DNA of 64,000 nucleotides, taken from Candidatus Omnitrophota bacterium (lineage in GTDB: Bacteria; Omnitrophota; Gorgyraeia; Aquiviventales; Aquiviventaceae). Made by a program: the position numbers and the translations under genes. Shown here in pieces: positions 33,988 to 42,814 of this stretch. The stretch spans positions 5,475 through 69,474 of the forward strand of contig JAUYPJ010000080.1 of the NCBI GenBank assembly GCA_030697665.1. Direction: 5' to 3'. The notes under the pieces are model-generated. The model ran no database searches, had not been told where the DNA came from, and saw nothing but the letters and a program-made list of their open reading frames with translations. How positions within the stretch are numbered: position 1 is the first letter of the stretch; each line of letters begins with the position of its first letter.

Positions 33988-35978
33988 TATTCAGTTCTCA
34001 AGAACGCAAGGCCTTGTTCTTTGCCCCACTTGACGAACGCCTCGGCGATCTCGTCGAGGTCATGGTCAATCGCCGGGGATTTGCCGGACTGCGTGATGGG
34101 CGTTCCGCCTTCATCCACGATGTGGCCTGCAACGGTCTTATAAACATATTCGCCGCCGTTGTCCTTCCCACTCTTTTGACTCGTCGCCATGAAGACAGGA
34201 TAACTCTTGATCGGTCCCCCGGATTTCCCACCCCATTTTTGAAGGAAAACAACGCTCGTTTTCGTACCCGTGAATGGTTTGAAGGTGTTCACGTGTAGGC
34301 CGACCACGGCCAGCAGGCGGGCGCGGTTGTCGATGTAGGCGCGAAGGCCGCGCGTGCCGAGGTTGTTCAGGTTGCCTTGGGGCAGCACGATCGCCATACG
34401 GCCACCCGGTTTCAGGAAGTCGAGGCACCTTTCCACGAACAGAATGTCGCGCTTCATGCCTGCCACTTTGCGCGCAGCTCTCTTTTTCCCGTTGTCCTCA
34501 CCGGTTTCGTCTTCCCAGTTCTCCTCCTCATCCTTCAACGCCCCGGTCATGGCGAGCTCGTACAGGTCAAAGGCAGCAAGCTGAGTCTTGCCTGTGACCT
34601 TTCCAGCAAACGGCGGATTCGTCAGCACCACGTCAAAGTCGCCATCGCGCACGTTCTTGGAAAATTCGCCGATGGCTCTGGCGGTACCGTTCTGCCACTC
34701 GCGCACATCAAGGGAATTGACGCAATGGACATTCGCCTTCCCGTCCCCGGCAATGATCATCATGGTCTTGGCCACCTTCTTCAACCGGTCGTCGAAGTCG
34801 ACAGCGTACAGGTGCTCGTTGGCATACCTGTAGAGCTGCTCGCGACTCCAGCCGTACAGTGTTTGGACGTGCCGGATCGTGTGAATGAGGAACCCACACG
34901 AGCCGCAAGCTGGGTCAATCACCTTCTCGCCATCCTGTGGGTTGAGCATCTTGACCGCCATTTTGACCACGGGGCGCGGCGTGAAGTATTGGCCTTTCTG
35001 CCCTTTCTGTTCGGGATTGATCAAGTATTCAAAGGCGGCGTCCACCACCTCAAGATCGGTGCGGGCCAGGGTGAACGGTTCAATGGCGCTTGCACAGAGT
35101 TTCAGGGCGTCGCCTTGGAGTTTGAGCTTTTCGCCTTCATCAAAAATCTCGCCCCAGTGAGGTCGTTGTTTGGCCGCCTGGAACAGGTCATTGAACCGTC
35201 GGGAGACATCTTCAGGGGATCCGACAGGAACGCGGAACTCAACTGGATCTGTGGGCTTCGTCTTCGGTTGAAACTCGTCGTGTAGCTTGGCAAAGAATAG
35301 TTTGAACAGCTCATCGAACGCATTGACGCCTGCGTTTGCCAGGGCATCGTGCTCCAGTTGTTCAATCAGGGCGCGCAGATCCGGCACCGGCTGAAGCTCG
35401 GCGTACGTCAACGGCTTGAGGATGTCTTTCAAATCCTCGCCTAGCTTCGGCAACCGAGAAATGGTGCGGTATTTATAGGGGGCTTTCTTGGTGGTCTTGT
35501 CTTCCTCACGGAGTTGGAAGCTGTACTCGTTCCCGTTTGACCAGCCACCGAAAAAGCAACCCGTCCAGTTCAAATAACTTCGGAGCTGCTCAAGACCTTC
35601 TTTCGATTCCGGCTTCTTGAGCTCGAAGAGCATGTACGGATCGGTGCACGCGTGATCACTGAACACGGCGATATCGGCTCGTTCCTTCTCAGCCGCTTCA
35701 CCCATTTGCACCGGCCATTCGACTTGGATGCGGGTGAGTGGGTAGCGCAGCGTTTCTTGAATCCAGACGAGGAACAGTTGACGGACTACCTCCTCCGGTC
35801 TGGCGCGGAGCCACCTCTGGCGCTTAGCGCACCAGATTTCGTTTTTGTCCTCCCCGATCTCACGGAGCTTGACCTTGTTCCGCTCACCTCTCGTGAAAAA
35901 CTTTAAACCTTGTTTCGTGTTTGGATCGCCGAAAATACGATCAAGAAGTTCATGCTGCGTTGAAGATCTCATGTCCAC
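33987..35978 (-). CDS. N6-adenine DNA methyltransferase fused to N-terminal HSDR_N-type PD-(D/E)xK nuclease domain (BcgI-A-like)
   Basis: ADIAVF-x17-LFELKKP nuclease core. Motif I VIDPACGSCGFL and motif IV VLTNPPFAG. Confidence 0.85.
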   Translation of the reverse strand: MDMRSSTQHELLDRIFGDPNTKQGLKFFTRGERNKVKLREIGEDKNEIWCAKRQRWLRARPEEVVRQLFLVWIQETLRYPLTRIQVEWPVQMGEAAEKERADIAVFSDHACTDPYMLFELKKPESKEGLEQLRSYLNWTGCFFGGWSNGNEYSFQLREEDKTTKKAPYKYRTISRLPKLGEDLKDILKPLTYAELQPVPDLRALIEQLEHDALANAGVNAFDELFKLFFAKLHDEFQPKTKPTDPVEFRVPVGSPEDVSRRFNDLFQAAKQRPHWGEIFDEGEKLKLQGDALKLCASAIEPFTLARTDLEVVDAAFEYLINPEQKGQKGQYFTPRPVVKMAVKMLNPQDGEKVIDPACGSCGFLIHTIRHVQTLYGWSREQLYRYANEHLYAVDFDDRLKKVAKTMMIIAGDGKANVHCVNSLDVREWQNGTARAIGEFSKNVRDGDFDVVLTNPPFAGKVTGKTQLAAFDLYELAMTGALKDEEENWEDETGEDNGKKRAARKVAGMKRDILFVERCLDFLKPGGRMAIVLPQGNLNNLGTRGLRAYIDNRARLLAVVGLHVNTFKPFTGTKTSVVFLQKWGGKSGGPIKSYPVFMATSQKSGKDNGGEYVYKTVAGHIVDEGGTPITQSGKSPAIDHDLDEIAEAFVKWGKEQGLAFLRTE

Positions 35979-36018
35979 CTCCGCAACTCTTGCTCTCTGT
36001 CGTCTACACCCATCCGCT

Positions 36019-36642
36019 CTAACTCACCGATGGGATGACTCTTACCACGACCCCCTGGATGGAGAGATCCTGGTTGAGCACGATCGGTTGATGCGCGGGG
36101 TTGCTTGATCTTGGCTTGAGCAAGATCAGGTCAGCGGTTCTATGGAATTCTTTAATCGTGGCTTCTCCGTCAACAAGAGCGACGACCCAATCACCGTTTC
36201 TCGCCGTGACCTGCTGGCGCACCAGAACGAGGTCCTGATCTTTGATCCCCTTTTGGTCCATCGAGTCACCCTTCGCGCGTAGCATGAAGTACCGGTGGGG
36301 TGGACGCGCCACATCCGTCGAAACGCGTAGAGCGGCCTCGATATTTTCCTCCGCTAACATGGGGGTCCCGCACGCGACCGTTCCTACCAGAGGCACATCA
36401 ACCGTTCGAGCGCCGGCCAGTGCGTTTTCTGAGCTCCTCACGATCTGAAGGCCGCCGTTCTCCCGACGCCTCACCAGTTTCAGATCCATCAAGCGACTGA
36501 TAATGAGGGCGGCGGACCGCGGAGACTTATAGCCTAACGCTCCCATCAATTCCCGCACCGAAGGCGCGCGTCCTTTGTGGACCAGCCCGTTGCGGATATG
36601 GCGAAGCGCAGCGAGCTCTTTGTTCGAAAGCCGGCGTTTCAT
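36019..36642 (-). CDS. LexA-like S24 peptidase repressor (island-borne paralog)
   Basis: N-terminal winged HTH (PSVRELMGALGYKSPRSAALIISRL), cleavage-site-like VACG, Ser nucleophile in KGDSM and Lys in ATIKEF. AT-richer than host lexA. Confidence 0.85.
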   Translation of the reverse strand: MKRRLSNKELAALRHIRNGLVHKGRAPSVRELMGALGYKSPRSAALIISRLMDLKLVRRRENGGLQIVRSSENALAGARTVDVPLVGTVACGTPMLAEENIEAALRVSTDVARPPHRYFMLRAKGDSMDQKGIKDQDLVLVRQQVTARNGDWVVALVDGEATIKEFHRTADLILLKPRSSNPAHQPIVLNQDLSIQGVVVRVIPSVS

Positions 36643-36654
36643 TGAATACGATAT

Positions 36655-36669
36655 TATACGGATCGTATA
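36655..36669. promoter_or_regulatory. candidate operator: perfect palindrome TATACG-gat-CGTATA (plus extra half-site ATACGAT at 36647-36653)
   Basis: Read directly, 13-27 nt upstream of the island LexA-like start codon. Confidence 0.4.
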
Positions 36670-36709
36670 TTTGATGTCAAGGTTCTTTCAGCTTGCCGTC
36701 CAGACGCCT

Positions 36710-36725
36710 GTTGAGTATAGTTGAG
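36710..36725. promoter_or_regulatory. direct repeat GTTGAG-tata-GTTGAG immediately upstream of lexA ATG (candidate SOS box)
   Basis: Read directly. Its position suggests autoregulation. The LexA-box consensus of this lineage is unknown to me. Confidence 0.3.
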
Positions 36726-36727
36726 CC

Positions 36728-37360
36728 ATGACAAAACAGTTGACCAAGCGCCAGCACACCGTGCTGGAGATCATCCGCAGTTGGATCAGGGAACGCGGCT
36801 ACCCTCCCACCATCCGCGAGCTGGGCAGCCGGTTGGGGATCAAGAGCCTGCGGGGGGTGACCACCCATCTCGATGCCATCGCCAAAAAGGGGTTTCTGAA
36901 GCGGGAGCCCAAGGCGCGCAGCATCAGCCTCCAGGAGCTGGTCGCGCCGTTTGAGCGGGCGATGCGCATTCCCATTATCGGAAGGATCAGGGCGGGGCAG
37001 CCGCTGTTGGCGCAGGAGCAGGTGGAAGATCACGTGGTCATCGATGGGGCGTGGGTTGGAGCGACGAAGGACCCCGCCGCCCCGGAGCACTTTGCGCTCA
37101 AGATCCAGGGCGACAGCATGATCAACGCCGGGATCCTGGACGGCGATTTTGTGATCGTGCGCCAACAGCCGGTGGTGCAGGATGGGGAGATCGTCGTCGC
37201 GCTCCTGGGGGATGAGGCGACGGTCAAACGGTTTTTCAAAGAAGAAGATCGCATCCGGCTTCAGCCGGAGCACCCCACGATGGAGCCTATCCTCGTCGAG
37301 AAGTCCCAGCCGATGACGGTGTTGGGCAAGGTCGTGGCGGTCTTTCGTCAGTTGGCCTGA
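36728..37360 (+). CDS. lexA: LexA repressor
   Basis: LTKRQHTVLEIIRSWIRERGYPPTIRELG, AG cleavage site in RIRAGQPLLA, QGDSM and ATVKRF. Confidence 0.9.
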   Translation: MTKQLTKRQHTVLEIIRSWIRERGYPPTIRELGSRLGIKSLRGVTTHLDAIAKKGFLKREPKARSISLQELVAPFERAMRIPIIGRIRAGQPLLAQEQVEDHVVIDGAWVGATKDPAAPEHFALKIQGDSMINAGILDGDFVIVRQQPVVQDGEIVVALLGDEATVKRFFKEEDRIRLQPEHPTMEPILVEKSQPMTVLGKVVAVFRQLA

Positions 37361-37364
37361 GCGC

Positions 37365-38693
37365 TCAAGGCGCGCCGCCCAACAGCCAGCGGCAGAGTCC
37401 CGCCGAGAACAGCCCGAGGTACGTTCCCACCGCGTTGCCGGCCATTGCCAGCAGCAGCCCCACCGGGGCCAGTGACGTGTGGTACAGCGCCCCGACCAGC
37501 GGGGCGGAGACGAGCCCTCCGACGTTGGCTTGGCTGGCGGTGGCCAGCACCCCGAACGGAATTCTCGCCAGGCGTCCCGCCACCAGCAATAGCAGCCCGT
37601 GCAGCAGGAGGGTTGCGGCTCCGACGAGCAGCCACGCGGGGGCTGACCACAACGCCTGCAGGCTTGCCTGCGCCCCCGTGGCGGCGAGGACGAGATACAA
37701 GCAGGGATACCCCACGGCGCCGCCGCGCTCGGCTATGCGTCGGACCGCTGGGAGGAGGGAGAGCCCCAGCGCCGCTGTCGTGACCAGGAGGACCGTCCAT
37801 CCTGTGGCGGAGCTGACGAAGCGGGACGCGGGGAGGTGCGCGGCGGCCAGGCGGGCGGCGACGGTCAGCCCCAACGCGCTCACCCCGCAGGCGATCAAGG
37901 CCCGCAGGTGACGTGTGTAGTGTTCTACATTCCCCCTCGACACCACAGAGGCCACAGAATTCCACAGAGACACGGAGAAATCCTTGAGGAGTCGTCTCCG
38001 TGCTTCCGTGGCGCTTCCGTGGTTCCGTGGTGTGAACAGGCAATGTAAGGCAGTACCGTGACGCGAGGGGAGCTGTGCTGCGCCGCTCGATGCCGTCGCC
38101 TCGCTGCCGCCGGGTGCAGGGTGCATCGCGGAAGAGGCGCGGAGCCATCGGTTCAGCGGTTCGCGAAATCCGGAGGCGGCCACCAGGCACGCCATCCAGC
38201 CATAGGCCACCACCGCATCGACGACGACGAGGGACGCGAAGAGCGTGTCGGGCGTCGCCAGGATTGTCCTCACGGCGAGCAGGTTCATCGTCCCGCCGGT
38301 CCAGGTGGCCGCAAGCGCCCCCGCCCCTTTCCACGCCTCAGGACCTAGCGCGCGCTGGAGGCACCACACGCCAAGCGGGGTGCCGATGACGACGCCGAGC
38401 GCGCCGATCGCCATCGCCATGACCGCGGGTCGTCCCGTGCGGAGGAATGACGGCAGGTCAGCGCCGAGCAGCAGGCACCCCAGCGCCAGCGGCAGCAGGT
38501 GCGTGGTGAGGGCGGAGTAGATCGCGGGGTCAGGCGAGATCCACCCCAGCGCCTGCGCGGCCAGCGGCAGCAGATAGCACCACAGCGGGATGGGCAGCCA
38601 CCGAAAGAGCCCTCGAAAGATGTCCTGGCGGCTCGCGCCCACGACCGTCACGACAATCGCCGCCAGGAAGGCGAGCGACCACGCCTCGCTCAT
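37365..38693 (-). CDS. DUF819-family membrane protein (central loop encoded by a repeat hairpin)
   Basis: Two multi-TM halves. The frame stays open through the repeat at 37941-38032. Confidence 0.7.
   Translation of the reverse strand: MSEAWSLAFLAAIVVTVVGASRQDIFRGLFRWLPIPLWCYLLPLAAQALGWISPDPAIYSALTTHLLPLALGCLLLGADLPSFLRTGRPAVMAMAIGALGVVIGTPLGVWCLQRALGPEAWKGAGALAATWTGGTMNLLAVRTILATPDTLFASLVVVDAVVAYGWMACLVAASGFREPLNRWLRASSAMHPAPGGSEATASSGAAQLPSRHGTALHCLFTPRNHGSATEARRRLLKDFSVSLWNSVASVVSRGNVEHYTRHLRALIACGVSALGLTVAARLAAAHLPASRFVSSATGWTVLLVTTAALGLSLLPAVRRIAERGGAVGYPCLYLVLAATGAQASLQALWSAPAWLLVGAATLLLHGLLLLVAGRLARIPFGVLATASQANVGGLVSAPLVGALYHTSLAPVGLLLAMAGNAVGTYLGLFSAGLCRWLLGGAP
37941..38032. repeat. 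hairpin built from CCACAGA / CCGTGG-type units, inside a coding frame
   Basis: caccacagaggccacagaattccacagagacacggaga ... tctccgtgcttccgtggcgcttccgtggttccgtggtg. Shares the 21-mer cacagaattccacagagacac with the reverse complement of 39702-39722. Confidence 0.85.
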
Positions 38694-39622
38694 CAGGGCA
38701 GGTACGTTCCGAAGGAGACCGTCTGGCCCTCCACGACCGTCCCAGGGGCGAGTGAGTCCGCGTCGTGTCCGAGTCGCTGGGCGATGGGCAGGCGCCGCAC
38801 GGTGAGCCCGGTCCCCGGTCCTTCAATGACCGCGCCGTCGCCGGCGTAGAGCATCACATGGACGACGGCGCGAGGATTGGCGCGCTCAGACAGGAAGATC
38901 AGATCGCCCGGTTGGAGGGCGTTGACGGGCCGCGCGCGCAGGAACTGCTCATGGGCATCCCTGGGGATGTCGATGCCGGCGGCACGGTACGCCAGGTTCA
39001 CCAGTCCGGAGCAATCCACGCCCGTCTGGGTTTCGTCCCCGTTCGCCGCCGGCGAACGTCCGCCCCAGAAGTAGACGTCACCCACCATCAGCTCCGCGCT
39101 GCGGAGGATCAGCCGCCGCTTCTGTGTCGAGGAGAGCCGGCGCAGCTCCTCCAGCGGTCGGGCCGCCTGGCGCGGCATCCAGACGGTCGCGCCGTCCCAC
39201 AACTCCACCTTCCAGAGCTGTCCTCCCATGTCGGTCGCCAGCAGATGGGTGCCCAGCGCGAAGCGCCACGGGGATGGGTGCAGGCCGTACGCATCCTGCC
39301 AGGCGGCGGCCCATTTCTCCGTCACGACGACGGTCGGCGCCAGCAGCGGTTCCCACCGGAGGAGCGCCGATCGCGGCAGCCATCCGGGGTAACCTTGCCA
39401 GCGCTTGGCATGGGTGAATTCCGGCTGCTCCAGCGCTTCCACGTAGGCCCACCCATCGGCGTGGGAGAGGAGTCGGACCTGCTCGCCGTAGAGCAGTTGG
39501 GTTTCTTGGAGCGGGTCGTGGGGAGGACCGACGGGCGTGCCGTCGGCGGGGTGGGCTGAGGAGCGCTGGACGATGGTGTGCGGCTGCGCCCTGAGGTCGG
39601 CCACCGGAACGGCGATGGCCAT
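38693..39622 (-). CDS. NlpC/P60 (C40) peptidoglycan endopeptidase with SH3-like N-terminal domains
   Basis: Catalytic DCSGLVNLAY and HVMLY. ATG 39620-39622 was chosen because the track extension to 39802 is encoded by the repeat hairpin. Confidence 0.8.
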   Translation of the reverse strand: MAIAVPVADLRAQPHTIVQRSSAHPADGTPVGPPHDPLQETQLLYGEQVRLLSHADGWAYVEALEQPEFTHAKRWQGYPGWLPRSALLRWEPLLAPTVVVTEKWAAAWQDAYGLHPSPWRFALGTHLLATDMGGQLWKVELWDGATVWMPRQAARPLEELRRLSSTQKRRLILRSAELMVGDVYFWGGRSPAANGDETQTGVDCSGLVNLAYRAAGIDIPRDAHEQFLRARPVNALQPGDLIFLSERANPRAVVHVMLYAGDGAVIEGPGTGLTVRRLPIAQRLGHDADSLAPGTVVEGQTVSFGTYLP

Positions 39623-39649
39623 CAACGGCTTCGGTCCGGCGCAGCCCGT

Positions 39650-39741
39650 TCCACAGAGGCCACAGAAGCCACACAGAAGCACAGAGCACGGCTCGATGAG
39701 AAATCTTCTGTGTCTCTGTGGAATTCTGTGATGCTGTGGTG
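39650..39741. repeat. hairpin built from CCACAGA/TCTGTGG-type units
   Basis: tccacagaggccacagaagccacacagaagcacagagcac ... cttctgtgtctctgtggaattctgtgatgctgtggtg. Confidence 0.85.
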
Positions 39742-39892
39742 TCAACAAGCGTCGTGGCAATACTTCAGTCCTGAAGAGGCTGCTGAGCGACGAGGAACGC
39801 ATCCGGTGCTATACTATCAGTCCATAGTCGATAGACCATAGTCCATAGTCAAGGCGTTGTGTCTAAACTATCGACGGAGACTGCGTGTTGAT

Positions 39893-41725
39893 ATGGTATC
39901 CTCTTCGCCTCTATTCCTCAAGCCTGCCGATGCGCCCGCGCCCTCACAGAGGAGCCTGAAGCGCTTCCTCGGATTCGTCCGCCCCTACCGCGCGGTGTTG
40001 GTCGCGGCGGTGGCGTGCGGCGTGGTGCGCTACCTCATCCCGCTGGCCCTGCCCTGGACGGTGAAGATCCTCGTGGATGAGTTCTTCTCGCCGGCCCGCG
40101 CCCAGCCGCCGCTGTCGCTCCACCTGCTCATGGGAGGCCTGTGCGCGCTGTACGGCTTCTACGCCGTGGCCAGCTACTGGCGGTCGTATCTCGCCGGCTT
40201 GGCCGGGCACCGCGTCATCTTCGACCTGCGCCAGGCGCTCTACCTCCACGTGCAGCGGATGAGCCTCAGCTTCTTTGACCGGCAGCGGATCGGCGCGGTC
40301 GTCTCGCGCATGACCACCGACATCGCCTCGGCCCAGAACTTCGTCGGGGCCGCCTTCGTGAACACCGTTATGGACCTCTCCTGCGTGGCGATCATCATCG
40401 GCGTGCTCTTCGTCGCCGACCCGCGCCTGGCGCTGGTCTCGCTCTCGGTGCTGCCGTGCTACGCGCTGATCAGCTACCGCCTTCAGAAGCGCATCCGGGA
40501 GAAGAGCCGGGCGATCCATCACCAGCTCCAGGAGATATCCGGCGATCTGCACGAGCAGTTCGCGGGCATCTCGACGATCCAGGCGTTCACGCAGGAGGAG
40601 GCCGAGGCGCAGGCGTTTCGAGCGCAGAGCGAGACCTATTTCGACACCGTGATGGGCAACGTCAAGCTCCAGTCCATCGCCCTGGGGCTGACCGGCTTCC
40701 TCACGGCCTTAGGTCCGATCCTCGTCTTGTGGTTTGGGGCGACCGCGGTCCAGTCGGGACGGCTCACCGTCGGCACGCTCATGGCGTTCTACGGCTACCT
40801 GGGGATGCTCTACCAGCCCATCCAGCGACTCACCGAGCTCAACCTGATCCTCGCCAACAGCCTGGCGGCCATGGATCGGATCTTCGAGGTGTTCGACACC
40901 TATCCCGACGTGCAGGAGCGCAAGGGGGCGAAGCGCTTGGCTCGCGCGCGGGGTGAGCTGCTGTTTGACGAGGTGACGTTCCGCTACGAGCATCGTGAGC
41001 CGGTGCTGGAGGGATGCTCGCTGGCGATCCCGGCCGGAACGACCGTGGCGCTCGTCGGCCCCAGCGGGGCGGGCAAGTCGACGCTGGTGAAGCTGCTGCC
41101 GCGTTTTTACGAGGTGACGGACGGGCGGATCACGATGGACGGCGTGGACATCCGGGACATCACGCTCAACTCGCTGCGCCGGCAGATCGCCATCGTCTCG
41201 CAGGATCCGATCCTGTTCAGCGGCACGATTGCCGAGAATCTCCGCTACGGCCAGCCCAGCGCGACCGAGGAGGCGCTGCGAGCAGCCGCTGGGGCGGCCT
41301 TTGCGGATGCGTTCATCGAGCAGTTGCCGGAGGGCTACGCCACGGAAGTCGGGGAACGGGGCCTGCGGCTGTCAGGCGGGCAGAAGCAGCGGCTGGCAAT
41401 TGCGCGCGCCTTCCTTAAAGATGCCCCGATCCTGATCCTCGATGAGCCGACCTCCGCCCTGGACGCGGAGTCGGAGGAGCTCATCAAGCGGGCGCTCCAA
41501 CGACTCCTCAAGGGACGCACGGCGCTGATCATCGCGCACCGGCTCTCCACGATTGAGCACGCCGATCGGGTCGTGGTCATGGACGAGGGCCGCATCGTCG
41601 AGCAGGGCCGTCACGAGGAGCTGCTCGGGCATCCCAACGGTCTCTACCGTCGATACGCCGAGCGCCAACTGACGGCGCGCCTCCAGCCGCCGGACGATCA
41701 GTCCTTGGACGTAAGGCTGGTGTAG
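39893..41725 (+). CDS. ABC exporter, fused permease/ATPase (MsbA-like)
   Basis: Six-TM domain, Walker A GPSGAGKST, LSGGQKQR and ILILDEPTSALD. Confidence 0.9.
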   Translation: MVSSSPLFLKPADAPAPSQRSLKRFLGFVRPYRAVLVAAVACGVVRYLIPLALPWTVKILVDEFFSPARAQPPLSLHLLMGGLCALYGFYAVASYWRSYLAGLAGHRVIFDLRQALYLHVQRMSLSFFDRQRIGAVVSRMTTDIASAQNFVGAAFVNTVMDLSCVAIIIGVLFVADPRLALVSLSVLPCYALISYRLQKRIREKSRAIHHQLQEISGDLHEQFAGISTIQAFTQEEAEAQAFRAQSETYFDTVMGNVKLQSIALGLTGFLTALGPILVLWFGATAVQSGRLTVGTLMAFYGYLGMLYQPIQRLTELNLILANSLAAMDRIFEVFDTYPDVQERKGAKRLARARGELLFDEVTFRYEHREPVLEGCSLAIPAGTTVALVGPSGAGKSTLVKLLPRFYEVTDGRITMDGVDIRDITLNSLRRQIAIVSQDPILFSGTIAENLRYGQPSATEEALRAAAGAAFADAFIEQLPEGYATEVGERGLRLSGGQKQRLAIARAFLKDAPILILDEPTSALDAESEELIKRALQRLLKGRTALIIAHRLSTIEHADRVVVMDEGRIVEQGRHEELLGHPNGLYRRYAERQLTARLQPPDDQSLDVRLV

Positions 41726-42375
41726 AGGAAGGCGGCCAGGATCCCGCCGAGGAGCGGGCCGATCCAGTAGACGACGTGGTGATCCCAGAAGCCTGAGGCC
41801 AGGGCCGGGCCAAAGGTTCGTGCGGGGTTCAGGGCCGCCCCCGTCAACGGTCCTCCGACGAGGATCCCGAAGAGCAAGGCCGTTCCAATGCCGAATCCCG
41901 CGACGGCGCCCCAGCTTCCCTTGGGATCCACCGCGGTGCCGAAGACCGCCAGCACTAGGAAACACGTGAGCACCAGCTCAATCAAGATCCCCTGCGCGAC
42001 GCCGACGCCGGCGCTCAACGCCGGGGTGCCGAGATGCACCGGCTGCCAGACCGATGCCGGGAAGATCCAGGTGAGGAGAAACCCCGCCGAGGCGGCGCCG
42101 GCGAGTTGGGCCAGGACGTAGCCCGCGGCGCGCCGGCCGTCGATCTTGCGGGCGGTGAGGACGCCGATGGTCACCGCGGGGTTGAAGTGGCCGCCGGAGA
42201 TGTGGCCGAGGGTGGAGATCATGACGGCCAGGACGGCGCCGTGCGCGATGGCGATGCCGAGGAGTCCGAGGGAGCCCTCCGTCCACTGATTGGTGCAGAT
42301 CGCTCCCGCGCCGATCACGCACAACGCGAACGTTCCCAGGAACTCCGCGACCAACGGCTTCCAAGCGGTTTTCAT
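41698..42375 (-). CDS. aqpZ: aquaporin (MIP family)
   Basis: Two NPA boxes (HFNPAVT and ALNPART). Confidence 0.9.
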   Translation of the reverse strand: MKTAWKPLVAEFLGTFALCVIGAGAICTNQWTEGSLGLLGIAIAHGAVLAVMISTLGHISGGHFNPAVTIGVLTARKIDGRRAAGYVLAQLAGAASAGFLLTWIFPASVWQPVHLGTPALSAGVGVAQGILIELVLTCFLVLAVFGTAVDPKGSWGAVAGFGIGTALLFGILVGGPLTGAALNPARTFGPALASGFWDHHVVYWIGPLLGGILAAFLYTSLTSKD

Positions 42376-42450
42376 CCACCCCTCCTGATCATCGGCTGCA
42401 CTCACGCGGCAGTTTGACAACCCCAACGGCCACGCCTATTATAACAGGCG

Positions 42451-42732
42451 ATGTGGGCGAAGATCGCGTTGGTAAGTGTGCTCTGCCTGCTCGTGAACAT
42501 CCCCATGGGGATGCGGCGCGAGCGGAGCCGAAAGTTTTCGTGGCAGTGGTTCGTGTGGATTCACGCCTCCATCCCCTTCATCATCGCCCTGCGCATCTGG
42601 CTCAAGCTCCATCCCGTGGCCATCCCGCTCAACATCGCCGCCGCGGTGCTCGGCCAGTTCCTCGGCGGGACCCTCGAAAGAAAGAAGCGGCACGTGACCT
42701 CACCTGCCGCCTCCCCACTGAGCGATCAGTAA
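42451..42732 (+). CDS. small membrane protein, unknown function
   Basis: 93 aa with 3 hydrophobic segments. Confidence 0.5.
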   Translation: MWAKIALVSVLCLLVNIPMGMRRERSRKFSWQWFVWIHASIPFIIALRIWLKLHPVAIPLNIAAAVLGQFLGGTLERKKRHVTSPAASPLSDQ

Positions 42733-42814
42733 ATATTCCACACGCACTCGTCTCGTTGCTTCACAACGCCTGTTCTTTCTCCGTTCTTCACTGGTCACTC
42801 GCCACTGATCACTG

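Noticed and set aside
39622-39802. A longer NlpC/P60 N-terminus with a lipobox-like LCGTGC
   Set aside because: The extension is encoded by the CCACAGA repeat hairpin (39650-39741) and lacks a normal signal-peptide n/h region. The possibility is not fully excluded.
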